Source: Acidobacteriota bacterium
GTDB taxonomy: Bacteria > Acidobacteriota > UBA6911 > RPQK01 > JAJDTT01
Direction: 5' to 3'
DNA: 64,000 nt
NCBI GenBank assembly: GCA_965263035.1
Contig: OZ253580.1
Location: 1,216,001 to 1,280,000, forward strand
Each line of letters begins with the position of its first letter. Positions within the stretch are counted from its first letter, which is position 1. The notes below the pieces were generated by a model. It searched no databases and was not told the origin of the DNA. It saw only the letters and a list, made by a program, of their open reading frames with translations. The position numbers and the translations under genes are program-made. Of the stretch, positions 49,402 through 58,959 are shown piece after piece.

Positions 49402-51048
49402 ATGGGTGGATTCCAACACCAGGAGATTTTCGAGCACGCCGGCCAGAACGTGGAATACCGGAAGCTCGGCGATCATGTCTCCACGGTGGAGTTCGACGGC
49501 CGGCAACTGCTCAAGATCGGACCCGAGGCGCTGCCCCTCCTGGCCCAGACCGCCATCGACGACGTCTCCCACCTCCTGCGGACGAGCCACCTGGAACAGC
49601 TCGCTCGCATCCTGGAGGATCCCGAGGCGTCCGAGAACGACCGGTTCGTGGCACTGGAGCTGCTGAAGAACGCCAACATCGCGGCCGGACGCGTCCTGCC
49701 CGGCTGCCAGGACACGGGCACCGCCATCGTCATCGGCCACAAGGGTCAGAATGTCTGGACCGAAGGGGACGACGGCGAGGCCCTGTCCCACGGCATCTAC
49801 AACGCCTACCAGGAGGGGAACCTGCGCTACTCCCAGTTGGCTCCCCTGAGCATGTACAAGGAGAAGAACACGCGGACCAACCTCCCGGCCCAGATCGAGC
49901 TCTACGCCGAACCGGGAGACGAATACCACTTCCTCTTCATCGCCAAAGGCGGGGGCTCGGCCAACAAGATGTTCCTCTACCAGCAGACCAAGGCCCTGCT
50001 GAATCCCGATTCCCTCATGCGCTTCGTGGAAGAGAAGCTCCATTCCCTGGGGACGGCCGCCTGCCCTCCCTATCACCTGGCCCTGGTGATCGGTGGAATG
50101 TCGGCCGAGTTCACCATGAAGACCCTGAAGCTGGCCAGCGCCCACTACCTGGACGATCTGCCCACCTCGGGGAACGAGCTGGGCCGGGCCTTCCGGGACC
50201 GGGAACTGGAGCAGCAGATCTTCGACCTCTCCACCCGGATCGGCATCGGCGCCCAGTTCGGCGGCAAGTATTTCGCCCATGATGTCCGGGTCATCCGGCT
50301 GCCCCGTCACGGAGCCTCCTGCCCGGTGGGCCTGGGGGTCTCCTGCTCGGCGGACCGGCAGGTGCTGGGCACGATCAACCGGGACGGGATCTTCGTGGAG
50401 CAGTTGGAGACCAACCCGGCCCGCTTTCTGCCCGAAGTGACCGAAGACGACCTGGACGACGACGTGGCGCAGATCGATCTGAACCGGCCCATGCCCCAGA
50501 TCCTCGACGACCTGCGGCATTACCCGGTGGCCTCGCGCCTCTCGCTGACCGGGCCCGTGATCGTGGCCCGCGACATCGCCCATGCCCGGCTCAAGAAGGA
50601 TCTGGACAACGGCCGTGCGCTGCCCCAGTACTTCAAGGACCATGTGGTCTACTACGCCGGACCGGCCAAGACGCCCCAGGGCTATGCCTCAGGCTCCTTC
50701 GGCCCCACCACCGCCGGCAGGATGGATCCTTATGTGGATCTCTTCCAGAGCCAGGGCGCCAGCATGGTCATGTTGGCCAAGGGCAACCGGTCCCGTCAGG
50801 TGAGCCAGGCCTGCGCCCGTCACGGCGGCTTCTACCTGGGCTCCATCGGGGGCCCCGCCGCGGTCCTGGCCGAGCACAGCATCAAGAAGGTGGAGGTGGT
50901 GGATTATGAGGATCTGGGGATGGAGGCCATCTGGAAAATCCAGGTGGAGGACTTCCCCGCCTTCGTCATCATCAACCACGAGGGCCGCGACTTCTACACC
51001 GAACTCCCCGGCGGCAAGAGCGGCGGGTTGATTTCGCTGAAGTCGTGA
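49402..51048 (+). CDS. fumA: Fumarate hydratase class I
   Basis: [52 protein letters not shown]. Confidence 0.96.
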   Translation: MGGFQHQEIFEHAGQNVEYRKLGDHVSTVEFDGRQLLKIGPEALPLLAQTAIDDVSHLLRTSHLEQLARILEDPEASENDRFVALELLKNANIAAGRVLPGCQDTGTAIVIGHKGQNVWTEGDDGEALSHGIYNAYQEGNLRYSQLAPLSMYKEKNTRTNLPAQIELYAEPGDEYHFLFIAKGGGSANKMFLYQQTKALLNPDSLMRFVEEKLHSLGTAACPPYHLALVIGGMSAEFTMKTLKLASAHYLDDLPTSGNELGRAFRDRELEQQIFDLSTRIGIGAQFGGKYFAHDVRVIRLPRHGASCPVGLGVSCSADRQVLGTINRDGIFVEQLETNPARFLPEVTEDDLDDDVAQIDLNRPMPQILDDLRHYPVASRLSLTGPVIVARDIAHARLKKDLDNGRALPQYFKDHVVYYAGPAKTPQGYASGSFGPTTAGRMDPYVDLFQSQGASMVMLAKGNRSRQVSQACARHGGFYLGSIGGPAAVLAEHSIKKVEVVDYEDLGMEAIWKIQVEDFPAFVIINHEGRDFYTELPGGKSGGLISLKS

Positions 51049-51111
51049 CGGATGTCTCGCGACTTCTAGATGAGCACGGTGATCCGATGGAGGTCCTTCA
51101 CGCGGGTTTAG

Positions 51112-51441
51112 TCACCTTCTCTCCGCCACTATAGAGACCCCTGCACGGTCACTATCGGTAAAGACCCGCTCACCGTCGACGAACGGCTTTTGGTCGGACG
51201 ACAACTTCAATCGGGGCCGCCGCGACAACGCGTACGCAATATCCGCCACGGTCCGAAGAGTCAGATTTCTTCCTCCGCCGAGCACTTGGGACACGAAACC
51301 TGGGCTCTTCCCCAGACGCTTGGCCAACTCTACCCTCGTCATCTCGGCATCTTCGAGAGCCTGCGTCAGAGTCTCGGTCACCTGAAGGATCAATTCTTCT
51401 TGACGCACTAGTTGGTCGAACTCCTTGTCAGATCGATTCAT
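51112..51441 (-). CDS. XRE-family HTH regulator/orphan antitoxin
   Basis: MTRVELAKRLGKSPGFVSQVLGGGRNLTLRTVADIA; AAGGAGG RBS before ATG 51441. Confidence 0.85.
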   Translation of the reverse strand: MNRSDKEFDQLVRQEELILQVTETLTQALEDAEMTRVELAKRLGKSPGFVSQVLGGGRNLTLRTVADIAYALSRRPRLKLSSDQKPFVDGERVFTDSDRAGVSIVAERR

Positions 51442-51462
51442 GAGTTCATCCTCCTTAAGTCT

Positions 51463-51488
51463 CATAGTTTACATATATGTAAACTATG
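51463..51488. promoter_or_regulatory. Perfect 26-bp palindromic operator overlapping the HTH gene promoter
   Basis: CATAGTTTACATATATGTAAACTATG; minus strand TTGAAC-N16-TAAACT overlaps it. Confidence 0.7.
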
Positions 51489-51713
51489 TTCAAGTGGATT
51501 CTGAATACTGCCTCATCCCCCACCTCCTCAAGTGGGTAGATGCGCACATTTCACGCCTATACCTCCAAGACCTGCTACTTCGGCAGCCCCGTCTTTCCCA
51601 CGATCTCCCTGGCTGCTAGAATTCCTGTCGGCGGGGCGGGCGTTCCGCAGATCGCCTGATCCGGAAGGGACGAGTGGTTCGTCCCCTTGAGTTCAAACGA
51701 AAGTGACTTCCTG

Positions 51714-52493
51714 ATGGGCAAAGTCGACCTCAACTTCAAGCCTGCGGTTCCCGTGTTCGATGCCAACGCGGAGCTGGGGCGCCGGCATGACCGGCGCAAC
51801 CTCATGGACACTCCGGAGCAGCTCTTCGAGGAGATGGCCCGCGCCGGCGTGGATCGGGCGCTGGTCTGGCATCCCAACGGCGCCGCCTACGATTCCATGG
51901 AGGGGAACCTGATCCTCCAGGAGTTGATCCACGGCGACTCGAGACTGGTTCCCCAGTTCTTCTGCAATCCGTCTTTCGACGATTTCGACGTCTTCACCCG
52001 AAGCGTCAAGGACGCGGCCGTCCGGTCCATTCGCATGGTCCCCCAGTACCAGCATTACCCCTTCCGGGAGTGGGTGGTGGGTCCCTGGCTCGATTGGATG
52101 GAGCGGGCAGGATTGGCGCTCTGGCTGCCCGCGACCTACACGGTCTTCGGCAACACGACCGAACTCGATGCTGCGGACGTGTACGACACCGTCCGCGAGC
52201 ATCCACATCTCAACGTCGTCCTGAGCGAGATCCACTACTCCAACATCTCCTGGGCCGTTCCTCTGCTCAAGAGCCTCCCCAACGTCTACGTGGAGACCTC
52301 CAAGCTCACCATCGCAGATCCCATCAACCGCTTCCTGGAGTTCATGGACGACTCGCGCATCCTCTTCGGCTCCCGCTACCCCAACTCCGCCATGGGCGTC
52401 CACATCTATGCCCTGCATCACATGGGGCTGCCCGAGTCCACTGTTCGCGCCATCTGCGCCGGCAACCTGGAACGTCTCCTGGGAATGGGATAG
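51714..52493 (+). CDS. Amidohydrolase_2-fold protein A1 (degenerate metal site)
   Basis: VFDAN in place of DxHxH; NVYVETS; RILFGSRYP; GNLERLL. Confidence 0.75.
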   Translation: MGKVDLNFKPAVPVFDANAELGRRHDRRNLMDTPEQLFEEMARAGVDRALVWHPNGAAYDSMEGNLILQELIHGDSRLVPQFFCNPSFDDFDVFTRSVKDAAVRSIRMVPQYQHYPFREWVVGPWLDWMERAGLALWLPATYTVFGNTTELDAADVYDTVREHPHLNVVLSEIHYSNISWAVPLLKSLPNVYVETSKLTIADPINRFLEFMDDSRILFGSRYPNSAMGVHIYALHHMGLPESTVRAICAGNLERLLGMG

Positions 52494-52504
52494 AGGTCGA
52501 AGAA

Positions 52505-53263
52505 ATGCAAGACTTTCCCGTCGTCGATTTTCACGCACACCTGGGAAACTGGGGCCGCTTCGGCATGCTGGACACGCCCGAGCTCTTCTTGAGCTGCATG
52601 GACAACGCCGGCATCGACGTGGCCTGCCTCAACTGCATCTTCCATGGAGATTCGGACCGGGGCAACGACCGGGTGGCGGAATATGTCCGCAAATGGCCCA
52701 AGCGCTTCGTGGGCGCCGCCTTCATCAGCGCCAACTACCCCGATGAGATGGTTCCCGAGCTGGAGCGCTGCTTCGGGAGCCTGGGGATGAAATTCATCAA
52801 GATCTATCCCCACTACGTCCGCGTCGCCCATGACGACCCCCTCTACTTTCCCATCTACGAGTTCGCCAACGAGCGGGGCCTGGCGGTCATGTCCCACGCC
52901 AGGCACTACTTCGACCCGGCTTCGGTTTCCGTCTACAAACGTTACGAGAGCCTGGTGAAGCGATTCCCCCGAATCAACTGGGTGATGGCCCACGCCGGCG
53001 GCGGCACGAGTGCCGAGGCCGCGCGCACAGTGCGGGACTTTCCCACCATTTACGTGGAGACCTGCAGCTCCGGACTGCGCTACGGCGGCATCGAATACGC
53101 CGTCAAGAACGGGAGGGCCGACCGGGTCCTCTTCGGCACCGACATGCCGCTGTTGGATGCCTCTCAACAACTGGCCAAGGTGATCGTCTGCCAGATCACC
53201 GACGAAGAGAAAAAGATGGTCCTGGGCGGCAACGCCATCCGGCTTCTGAACCTGAAGCTCTGA
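52505..53263 (+). CDS. Amidohydrolase_2 family protein B1
   Basis: VDFHAH, IKIYP, MSH, AHAGG, RVLFGTDMP, GGNAIRLL. Confidence 0.88.
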   Translation: MQDFPVVDFHAHLGNWGRFGMLDTPELFLSCMDNAGIDVACLNCIFHGDSDRGNDRVAEYVRKWPKRFVGAAFISANYPDEMVPELERCFGSLGMKFIKIYPHYVRVAHDDPLYFPIYEFANERGLAVMSHARHYFDPASVSVYKRYESLVKRFPRINWVMAHAGGGTSAEAARTVRDFPTIYVETCSSGLRYGGIEYAVKNGRADRVLFGTDMPLLDASQQLAKVIVCQITDEEKKMVLGGNAIRLLNLKL

Positions 53264-53316
53264 GCTTCATCGAGCCTCCACCAGTACCTGTCGGCACCAG
53301 CGAAAGTGACTTCCTG

Positions 53317-54096
53317 ATGGGCAAAGTCGACTTCAACTTCAAACCTGCGGTTCCGGTGTTCGATGCCAACGTGGAGCTGGGGCGCCGGCACGACCAGCGC
53401 AACCTCAAGGACACTCCGGAGCAGCTCTTCGAGGAGATGTCCCAAGCCGGCGTGGACCGGGCGCTGGTCTGGCATCCCAACGGCGCCACCTACGATTCCA
53501 TGGAGGGGAATCTGATCCTCCAAGAGTTGATCCACGGGGATTCGAGACTGGTTCCCCAGTTCTTCTGCAATCCGTCCTTCGACGATTTCGACGTCTTCAC
53601 CCAAAGCGTCAAGGACGCAGCCGTCCGGTCCATCCGCATGGTCCCGCAGTACCAGCATTACCCCTTCCGGGAGTGGGTGGTGGGCCCCTGGCTCAATTGG
53701 ATGGAGCGGGAAGGACTGGCGCTCTGGCTGCCGACAACTTACACGGTCTTCGGCAACACGACGGAGCTCGACGCTTCAGACGTGTACGACACTCTTCGGG
53801 AGCATCCCCATCTCAACGTGGTCCTGAGCGAGATCGACTACCGCAACGTCTCCTGGGCGGTTCCTCTGCTCAAGAGCCTCCGCAATCTCCACATGGAGAT
53901 CTCCAGACTCACCATCGCCGATCCCATCAACCGCTTCCTGGAGTTCATGGACGACTCGCGCATCCTCTTCGGCTCCCGCTACCCCAAGTCGGCAATGGCC
54001 ATCCACCTCTATGCGCTGCATCACATGGGGCTGCCCGAGTCCACCGTCCGAGCCATCTGCTCCGGCAATCTGGAACATCTCCTGGGAATGGGATAG
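53317..54096 (+). CDS. Amidohydrolase_2-fold protein A2 (paralog of A1)
   Basis: Near-identical to 51714-52493. Confidence 0.75.
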   Translation: MGKVDFNFKPAVPVFDANVELGRRHDQRNLKDTPEQLFEEMSQAGVDRALVWHPNGATYDSMEGNLILQELIHGDSRLVPQFFCNPSFDDFDVFTQSVKDAAVRSIRMVPQYQHYPFREWVVGPWLNWMEREGLALWLPTTYTVFGNTTELDASDVYDTLREHPHLNVVLSEIDYRNVSWAVPLLKSLRNLHMEISRLTIADPINRFLEFMDDSRILFGSRYPKSAMAIHLYALHHMGLPESTVRAICSGNLEHLLGMG

Positions 54097-54107
54097 AGAT
54101 CGAAAAC

Positions 54108-54866
54108 ATGCAGGATGTCCCCGTCGTCGATTTTCACGCACATCTGGGAAACTGGGGCCGCTTCGGCATGCTGGACACGCCCGAGCTCTTCCTGAGCTGC
54201 ATGGACAACGCCGGCATCGACGTCGCCTGCCTCAACTGCATCTTCCACGGAGACTCGGACCGGGGCAACGACCGGGTCGCCGAGTACGTCCGCAAGTGGC
54301 CCAAACGCTTCGTGGGCGCCGCCTTCGTCAGCGCCAACTACCCGGAAGAGATGGTTGCCGAACTGGAACGATGCTTCGGCACCCTGGGGATGAAGTTCAT
54401 CAAGATCTATCCCCACTACGTCCGCGTCGCCCATGACGACCCCCTCTACTTCCCCATCTACGAGTTCGCCAACGAGCGGGGCCTGGCGATCATGTCCCAC
54501 GCCACGCACAATTTCGACCCGCCGTCCGTTTCCGTCTACAAGCGTTACGAGGGCCTGGTGAAGCGATTCCCCAAGATCAACTGGGTGATGGCCCACGCCG
54601 GAGGCGGGAAGAGCGGAGAGATCATGCGCGCCGTGAGGGACTTCCCCACCATCTACGTGGAGACCTGCGGCTCCCGCCTGCGCAACGGCAGTGTCGAATA
54701 CGCCGTCAAGCACGGACGGGCCGACCGGGTCCTCTTCGGCACCGACATGCCCCTGTTTGACGCCTCTCAGCAACTGGCCAAGGTGATGGTCTGCCAGATC
54801 AACGACGAAGAGAAGAAGCTGGTCCTGGGCGGCAACGCCATCCGGCTGCTGAATCTGAAGCTGTGA
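54108..54866 (+). CDS. Amidohydrolase_2 family protein B2 (paralog of B1)
   Basis: Near-identical to 52505-53263. Confidence 0.88.
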   Translation: MQDVPVVDFHAHLGNWGRFGMLDTPELFLSCMDNAGIDVACLNCIFHGDSDRGNDRVAEYVRKWPKRFVGAAFVSANYPEEMVAELERCFGTLGMKFIKIYPHYVRVAHDDPLYFPIYEFANERGLAIMSHATHNFDPPSVSVYKRYEGLVKRFPKINWVMAHAGGGKSGEIMRAVRDFPTIYVETCGSRLRNGSVEYAVKHGRADRVLFGTDMPLFDASQQLAKVMVCQINDEEKKLVLGGNAIRLLNLKL

Positions 54867-55225
54867 CAGCCCGCAGACTGAGACTCGGGCCGCACTCCCG
54901 TACTCTTGAAGGAGGAAAGTCGCTGATGTCTTCCCAGAGTCTCCAGCCATCCAGACAGTCGCGTGAACTGGAACTCGCCCCGGCATCGAAGCCGCCCTGC
55001 GCAGAGCTGGCGAACGAGCCCGGCGCAGGCGTGTACGTGTAGAAGCAGCCCGTCGCGTAGCCGAGTCCAATGAGAGCAGGACGAACCCGAAGAAGACAGC
55101 GAGCGGAACGTAGAGCTGTTTTGAATCCAAACGGATACGGAGGAAAACCGGCTCGGCAGTGGAAATACCGGCTACCGGAAATCCCAGACGCTTGATCCCG
55201 GCCGGGCGAGGCCGAAGTCAGTCCG

Positions 55226-56725
55226 CTATGCCCCGTCCTCTCCCGTATGGATCTGCTGCATGAGTCCGTCGATCTCCCGCGGCGGCGCGGGAGTCAGGTG
55301 GGAGACCACGATGATGGTCAGGAAGGCCACCGGAGCCCCGATCAATGCCGACGAGGTGGCGGGAATCCACGAAGCCAACGCCGTGTCGCCCCAAAAGAGG
55401 GCGCCGATGGAGATCAGCCCCCCCACCAGCATGCCGGCGATGCCCCCCTCGCGGGTGGCGCGGCTCCACCAGATCCCCAGGACGAACACGGGGAAAATGG
55501 TGCAGCCGGCGATGGCGAAGGCCATGGCCACGATTTGTCCGATGAGGGCCGGCGGTTCCAGGGCCACGACCATGATGGCGAAACCCAGGAACACGGCGCC
55601 CAGGCGCGCCACAACGACGCGCTCCTTGTTGGAGGCGGTGGGCTTGAAAAGTCCGAAATAGAGGTCGTGCGCAAAGGCCGCCGAAGCGGCCATCAACAGT
55701 CCCGCCACTGTGCTGAAGGCGGCGGACACGGCCCCCGCGGCCAGGAGGCCGGTGAACCATTCGGGAAGTCCCGCGTTCTCGGCGGCATTGATGATGATCA
55801 CATCGGCCACTTCCCTGCCCCCGTCCGGATTGAGGATCCTGCCGAATGCGGAGAAAGCGGGTGAACTCCAATAGAGGATACCGATGAAGAAGAGTCCCCA
55901 GACCACCGACTTGCGGGCGTCGCGGGCGTTGGGGACCAGGTAGAAGCGCTGGATGACGTGGGGCAGCCCCGCCGTCCCCACCATCAGAGTGAAGCAGAGG
56001 GCGATCCACTGATAGATCCCCTCATCCCCCCAGGGAAGGACGAACTGGGGATGGGTCTCCTGGAGCTGGGCCACAGCTTCCCCGTAGCCCACCTGCGGGA
56101 CCAGGTAGAAGAACCCCAGCTTCTTGGCGATGAAGAAGAGCGGCAGCAGGAAGGCCGTGATGAGGACGATGTACTGCACCTGCTGGTTGCGGACCACCCC
56201 CATCATTCCCGAGAGGAGCACGTAGGAGACGACCACGATGGTCCCGGTGATGATGGACAGCTTGTAGTCCATGCCGAAGATCCACTTGAACATCTCTCCG
56301 ATACCCTTGTACTGGCCCACGGCATAGACGAAGGAGATGACCAACGTGATGATGGCGGCCAGAAAACGGGCCGTCTTGGAGTAGTACCGGTCGCCGATGA
56401 AGTCGGGAGCGGTGAACTTGCCGTAATTTCGGATCTGGGCCGCCATCAGGACCAGCAGCAGGACGTAGCCCCCGGACCAGCCCAGAACGTAGGCCAATCC
56501 GAAATATCCCTGCAGGTAGAGGAGCCCCGCCATCCCCAGAAAACTGGCGGCGCTCATCCAGTTGCTGGCGATGGCCATCCCCGAGGAGACGGGGCCGATC
56601 CGGCGGCCGGCCACCCAGTACTCCTCCAGGTTGCGGACCCGGGTCAGGATCCCCACCAGCACGAACAGGAGCAGGGTCGCCGCCAGGATCAGGGCGGGTC
56701 CGGTTCTCACTCCGATTTCTTCCAT
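55226..56725 (-). CDS. Sodium:solute symporter, ActP-like (VC_2705 type)
   Basis: GMAIASNWMSAASFLG, GKFTAPDFIGDRY, GTAGLPH...RF, AA.ST.AGLL, HDLY. Confidence 0.9.
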   Translation of the reverse strand: MEEIGVRTGPALILAATLLLFVLVGILTRVRNLEEYWVAGRRIGPVSSGMAIASNWMSAASFLGMAGLLYLQGYFGLAYVLGWSGGYVLLLVLMAAQIRNYGKFTAPDFIGDRYYSKTARFLAAIITLVISFVYAVGQYKGIGEMFKWIFGMDYKLSIITGTIVVVSYVLLSGMMGVVRNQQVQYIVLITAFLLPLFFIAKKLGFFYLVPQVGYGEAVAQLQETHPQFVLPWGDEGIYQWIALCFTLMVGTAGLPHVIQRFYLVPNARDARKSVVWGLFFIGILYWSSPAFSAFGRILNPDGGREVADVIIINAAENAGLPEWFTGLLAAGAVSAAFSTVAGLLMAASAAFAHDLYFGLFKPTASNKERVVVARLGAVFLGFAIMVVALEPPALIGQIVAMAFAIAGCTIFPVFVLGIWWSRATREGGIAGMLVGGLISIGALFWGDTALASWIPATSSALIGAPVAFLTIIVVSHLTPAPPREIDGLMQQIHTGEDGA

Positions 56726-56726
56726 T

Positions 56727-57032
56727 CTATTCCTGACCCCGCCGGGCGTCCTCGCCGGAATCGACCACGCGATCGAAGAGCCGGTTGAACCAGAGGCAAA
56801 GGAGCAGGAAGCCGATGATGGAAAACTGGCCCGTGAACCAGTAATGGAAGGGGAAACCCAGGAACCGGGCGTCGGTGAGGAAACTGGACCCCATGGGATC
56901 TCGCTGAACCAGAAACAGGAGGATCTGGAATCCGAAGACCATCAAGGCCCAGAGGCCCACAATCAGAAAGATGATCCGGCGGACTGCCTTGAAGTAGCGG
57001 CCGCGGGGACGGACAAGGTTGACTTCCGACAT
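56727..57032 (-). CDS. DUF4212 small membrane partner of the symporter
   Basis: Two TM segments, 'FLGFPFHYWFTGQ'; directly upstream of SSS gene. Confidence 0.8.
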   Translation of the reverse strand: MSEVNLVRPRGRYFKAVRRIIFLIVGLWALMVFGFQILLFLVQRDPMGSSFLTDARFLGFPFHYWFTGQFSIIGFLLLCLWFNRLFDRVVDSGEDARRGQE

Positions 57033-57055
57033 GGGCGTTTCCCAAAGGGCGCCGC

Positions 57056-57084
57056 ACTATACAGGATGGTCACCCGACGGTCAA
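57056..57084 (-). promoter_or_regulatory. Sigma70 promoter of DUF4212-symporter operon
   Basis: Minus strand TTGACC-N17-TATAGT. Confidence 0.7.
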
Positions 57085-57225
57085 CGAACCGGGAAGTCCG
57101 GAAACCCTGGCTCTCTCTTTCTTCTTTTTCCCTTTTCTCTTTCCCCCTTTCCGGTGGTAAATTGATTCGCCGGATGTTGCTTACCTTTGTCCCAGGCATT
57201 TCGAAACTGGAAGCCCCGTTTTAGC

Positions 57226-58953
57226 ATGCGCTTCCCATGGAGTGATCTGGCAGACGTCTTCGGCGCGGGGGAATTACGCCAGAACATTCTGGCGCTCCTT
57301 CACTATATCGTCTTTCTCTGCGTCGTCATCCTTCTGTTCGCTGTCCTCTTCCAAGCGATCATGGTTCACGTGGAGGGCCAGTCTCATTCCTGGATCACGG
57401 CCGTCTACTGGGTGTTGATCACCATGAGCACTCTCGGTTTCGGCGACGTGGTCTTTGCCTCGGATCTGGGACGGCTCTTCAGCGTCTTCGTGCTGATCTC
57501 GGGGGTCGTGCTGATGTTGGTGGTGTTGCCCTTCACCTTCATTCGTTTTTTCTACGCACCCTGGCTGGAGGCCCAGGTGCGGCTCCGGGCTCCCCGGCGG
57601 GTGCCCCTGAACGTGCGGGACCACGTCATCATCAGCCGCCACGATGAGATTGCGGCCGGGATCAGCGAACAGCTTCGGCTCCGAGGGATTTCGTGCTACA
57701 TCATCGAGCCGGATCCCGAAAAAGCCGCCCGGCTCCTGCACGAGGGGGCTTCCGTCGTCACTGGTGATCTGGACAACAAGGAGACCTACGCCGGGTTGCA
57801 GGCGCAAAAGGCTCGCCTGCTCCTCGCCAACTGTGAGGACACGACGAACACCAACATCACCTTGACCGTCCGCGAGATGTGCGGCGACCTGCCCATCGTC
57901 GGCATCGTCGAGCACCCCGACTCCACCGACATCCTGGAACTGAGCGGATGCACCCACGTCCTGCCGTTGAAAGTGCGTCTGGGCGAGGCTCTGGCCAACC
58001 GGGTCGGCGCCGGCCTTGGGGAGTTGGACATCATCGGAAGTTTTGCAGGCCTGCAGATCGCCGAGTTCTCAGCCCGGGACACTCCACTGGCCGGAGTCGA
58101 GACGCGCGAGACCCAGCTTCGAGAACGGACCGGGCTGAACATCGTCGGCGTCTGGGATCATGGTCACTTGATTCCCGCTTTCCCGCAGACTCCCATCACC
58201 CACGACAGCATCGTGGTGGTCGTGGGCACGCCGGACCAGTTGTCCATACTCGGCCGAATGCTGCCGGGACACCAGCCCCATTCCGGTGCCCCTGGTCTCA
58301 TCATCGGAACTGGAACCGTGGGCGCCACCGCCACCCGCACCCTCAAGCGAAAAGGCCTTCGCGTTCACGCCCTGGACCGGGACCCCCAAGCCGCGGAACA
58401 GGTGCGAGGCATCGCCGATCATGTCTTTGTCGGAGACGCCAACGACCGCGAAGTCCTGGAGCGGGCCGGACTGGACGAGATCTCTTCCGTGCTTCTGAGC
58501 ACTGCCGACGACGCCATGAACGTCTACCTGGCCGTCTACTTGCGACGGCTCAAACCGGAACTCCGCATCGTGAGCCGGATCACCCACGACCGGAACCTGG
58601 AAGCCATCCATCGCGCCGGGGCCGACTTCGTGCTGAGCTACTCCTCCCTGGGAACGGAAGCCGTGGTGTCGCTCATCGAAGGGCATGACCTCGTGATGCT
58701 GGGAGAAGGGGTCGACCTGTTCTCCGTACCCCTACCGCCGTCCCTGGAGAACAAACTCCTGTCAGAGAGCCGAATCGGCTCTCTGACAGGCCTGAGCGTG
58801 GTTGCGATACAGCAAAACGGCGAAACCGTGACCAAGTTGCGGTCCGAGATGAAGCTCGAGCCTGGAGCGCAACTGGTCATGCTCGGCGACGCCGAGCAGC
58901 GAACCCTGTTCAGCAAAGCCTTCGGAGGCCAGTACTCCAGCAGTCCGTGGTGA
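57226..58953 (+). CDS. Potassium channel with tandem TrkA-N/TrkA-C (RCK) domains (start uncertain)
   Basis: 2TM pore with TMSTLGFGD filter; two RCK N/C pairs (LSG...V, IIGTGTVG, AGADFV). Confidence 0.9.
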   Translation: MRFPWSDLADVFGAGELRQNILALLHYIVFLCVVILLFAVLFQAIMVHVEGQSHSWITAVYWVLITMSTLGFGDVVFASDLGRLFSVFVLISGVVLMLVVLPFTFIRFFYAPWLEAQVRLRAPRRVPLNVRDHVIISRHDEIAAGISEQLRLRGISCYIIEPDPEKAARLLHEGASVVTGDLDNKETYAGLQAQKARLLLANCEDTTNTNITLTVREMCGDLPIVGIVEHPDSTDILELSGCTHVLPLKVRLGEALANRVGAGLGELDIIGSFAGLQIAEFSARDTPLAGVETRETQLRERTGLNIVGVWDHGHLIPAFPQTPITHDSIVVVVGTPDQLSILGRMLPGHQPHSGAPGLIIGTGTVGATATRTLKRKGLRVHALDRDPQAAEQVRGIADHVFVGDANDREVLERAGLDEISSVLLSTADDAMNVYLAVYLRRLKPELRIVSRITHDRNLEAIHRAGADFVLSYSSLGTEAVVSLIEGHDLVMLGEGVDLFSVPLPPSLENKLLSESRIGSLTGLSVVAIQQNGETVTKLRSEMKLEPGAQLVMLGDAEQRTLFSKAFGGQYSSSPW

Positions 58954-58959
58954 CGGCCT

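Larger units (their letters stand above)
51698..54866 (+). repeat. Tandem duplication, 1603-bp period, of a two-gene amidohydrolase unit
   Basis: 51698-53263 and 53301-54866 are colinear, both starting CGAAAGTGACTTCCTGATGGGCAAAGTCGAC. Confidence 0.95.

Noticed and set aside
52070-52504. 145-codon open frame upstream of both B genes suggesting an A-B frameshift fusion
   Set aside because: No slippery site, B has its own RBS and ATG, and its recurrence is explained by the duplication
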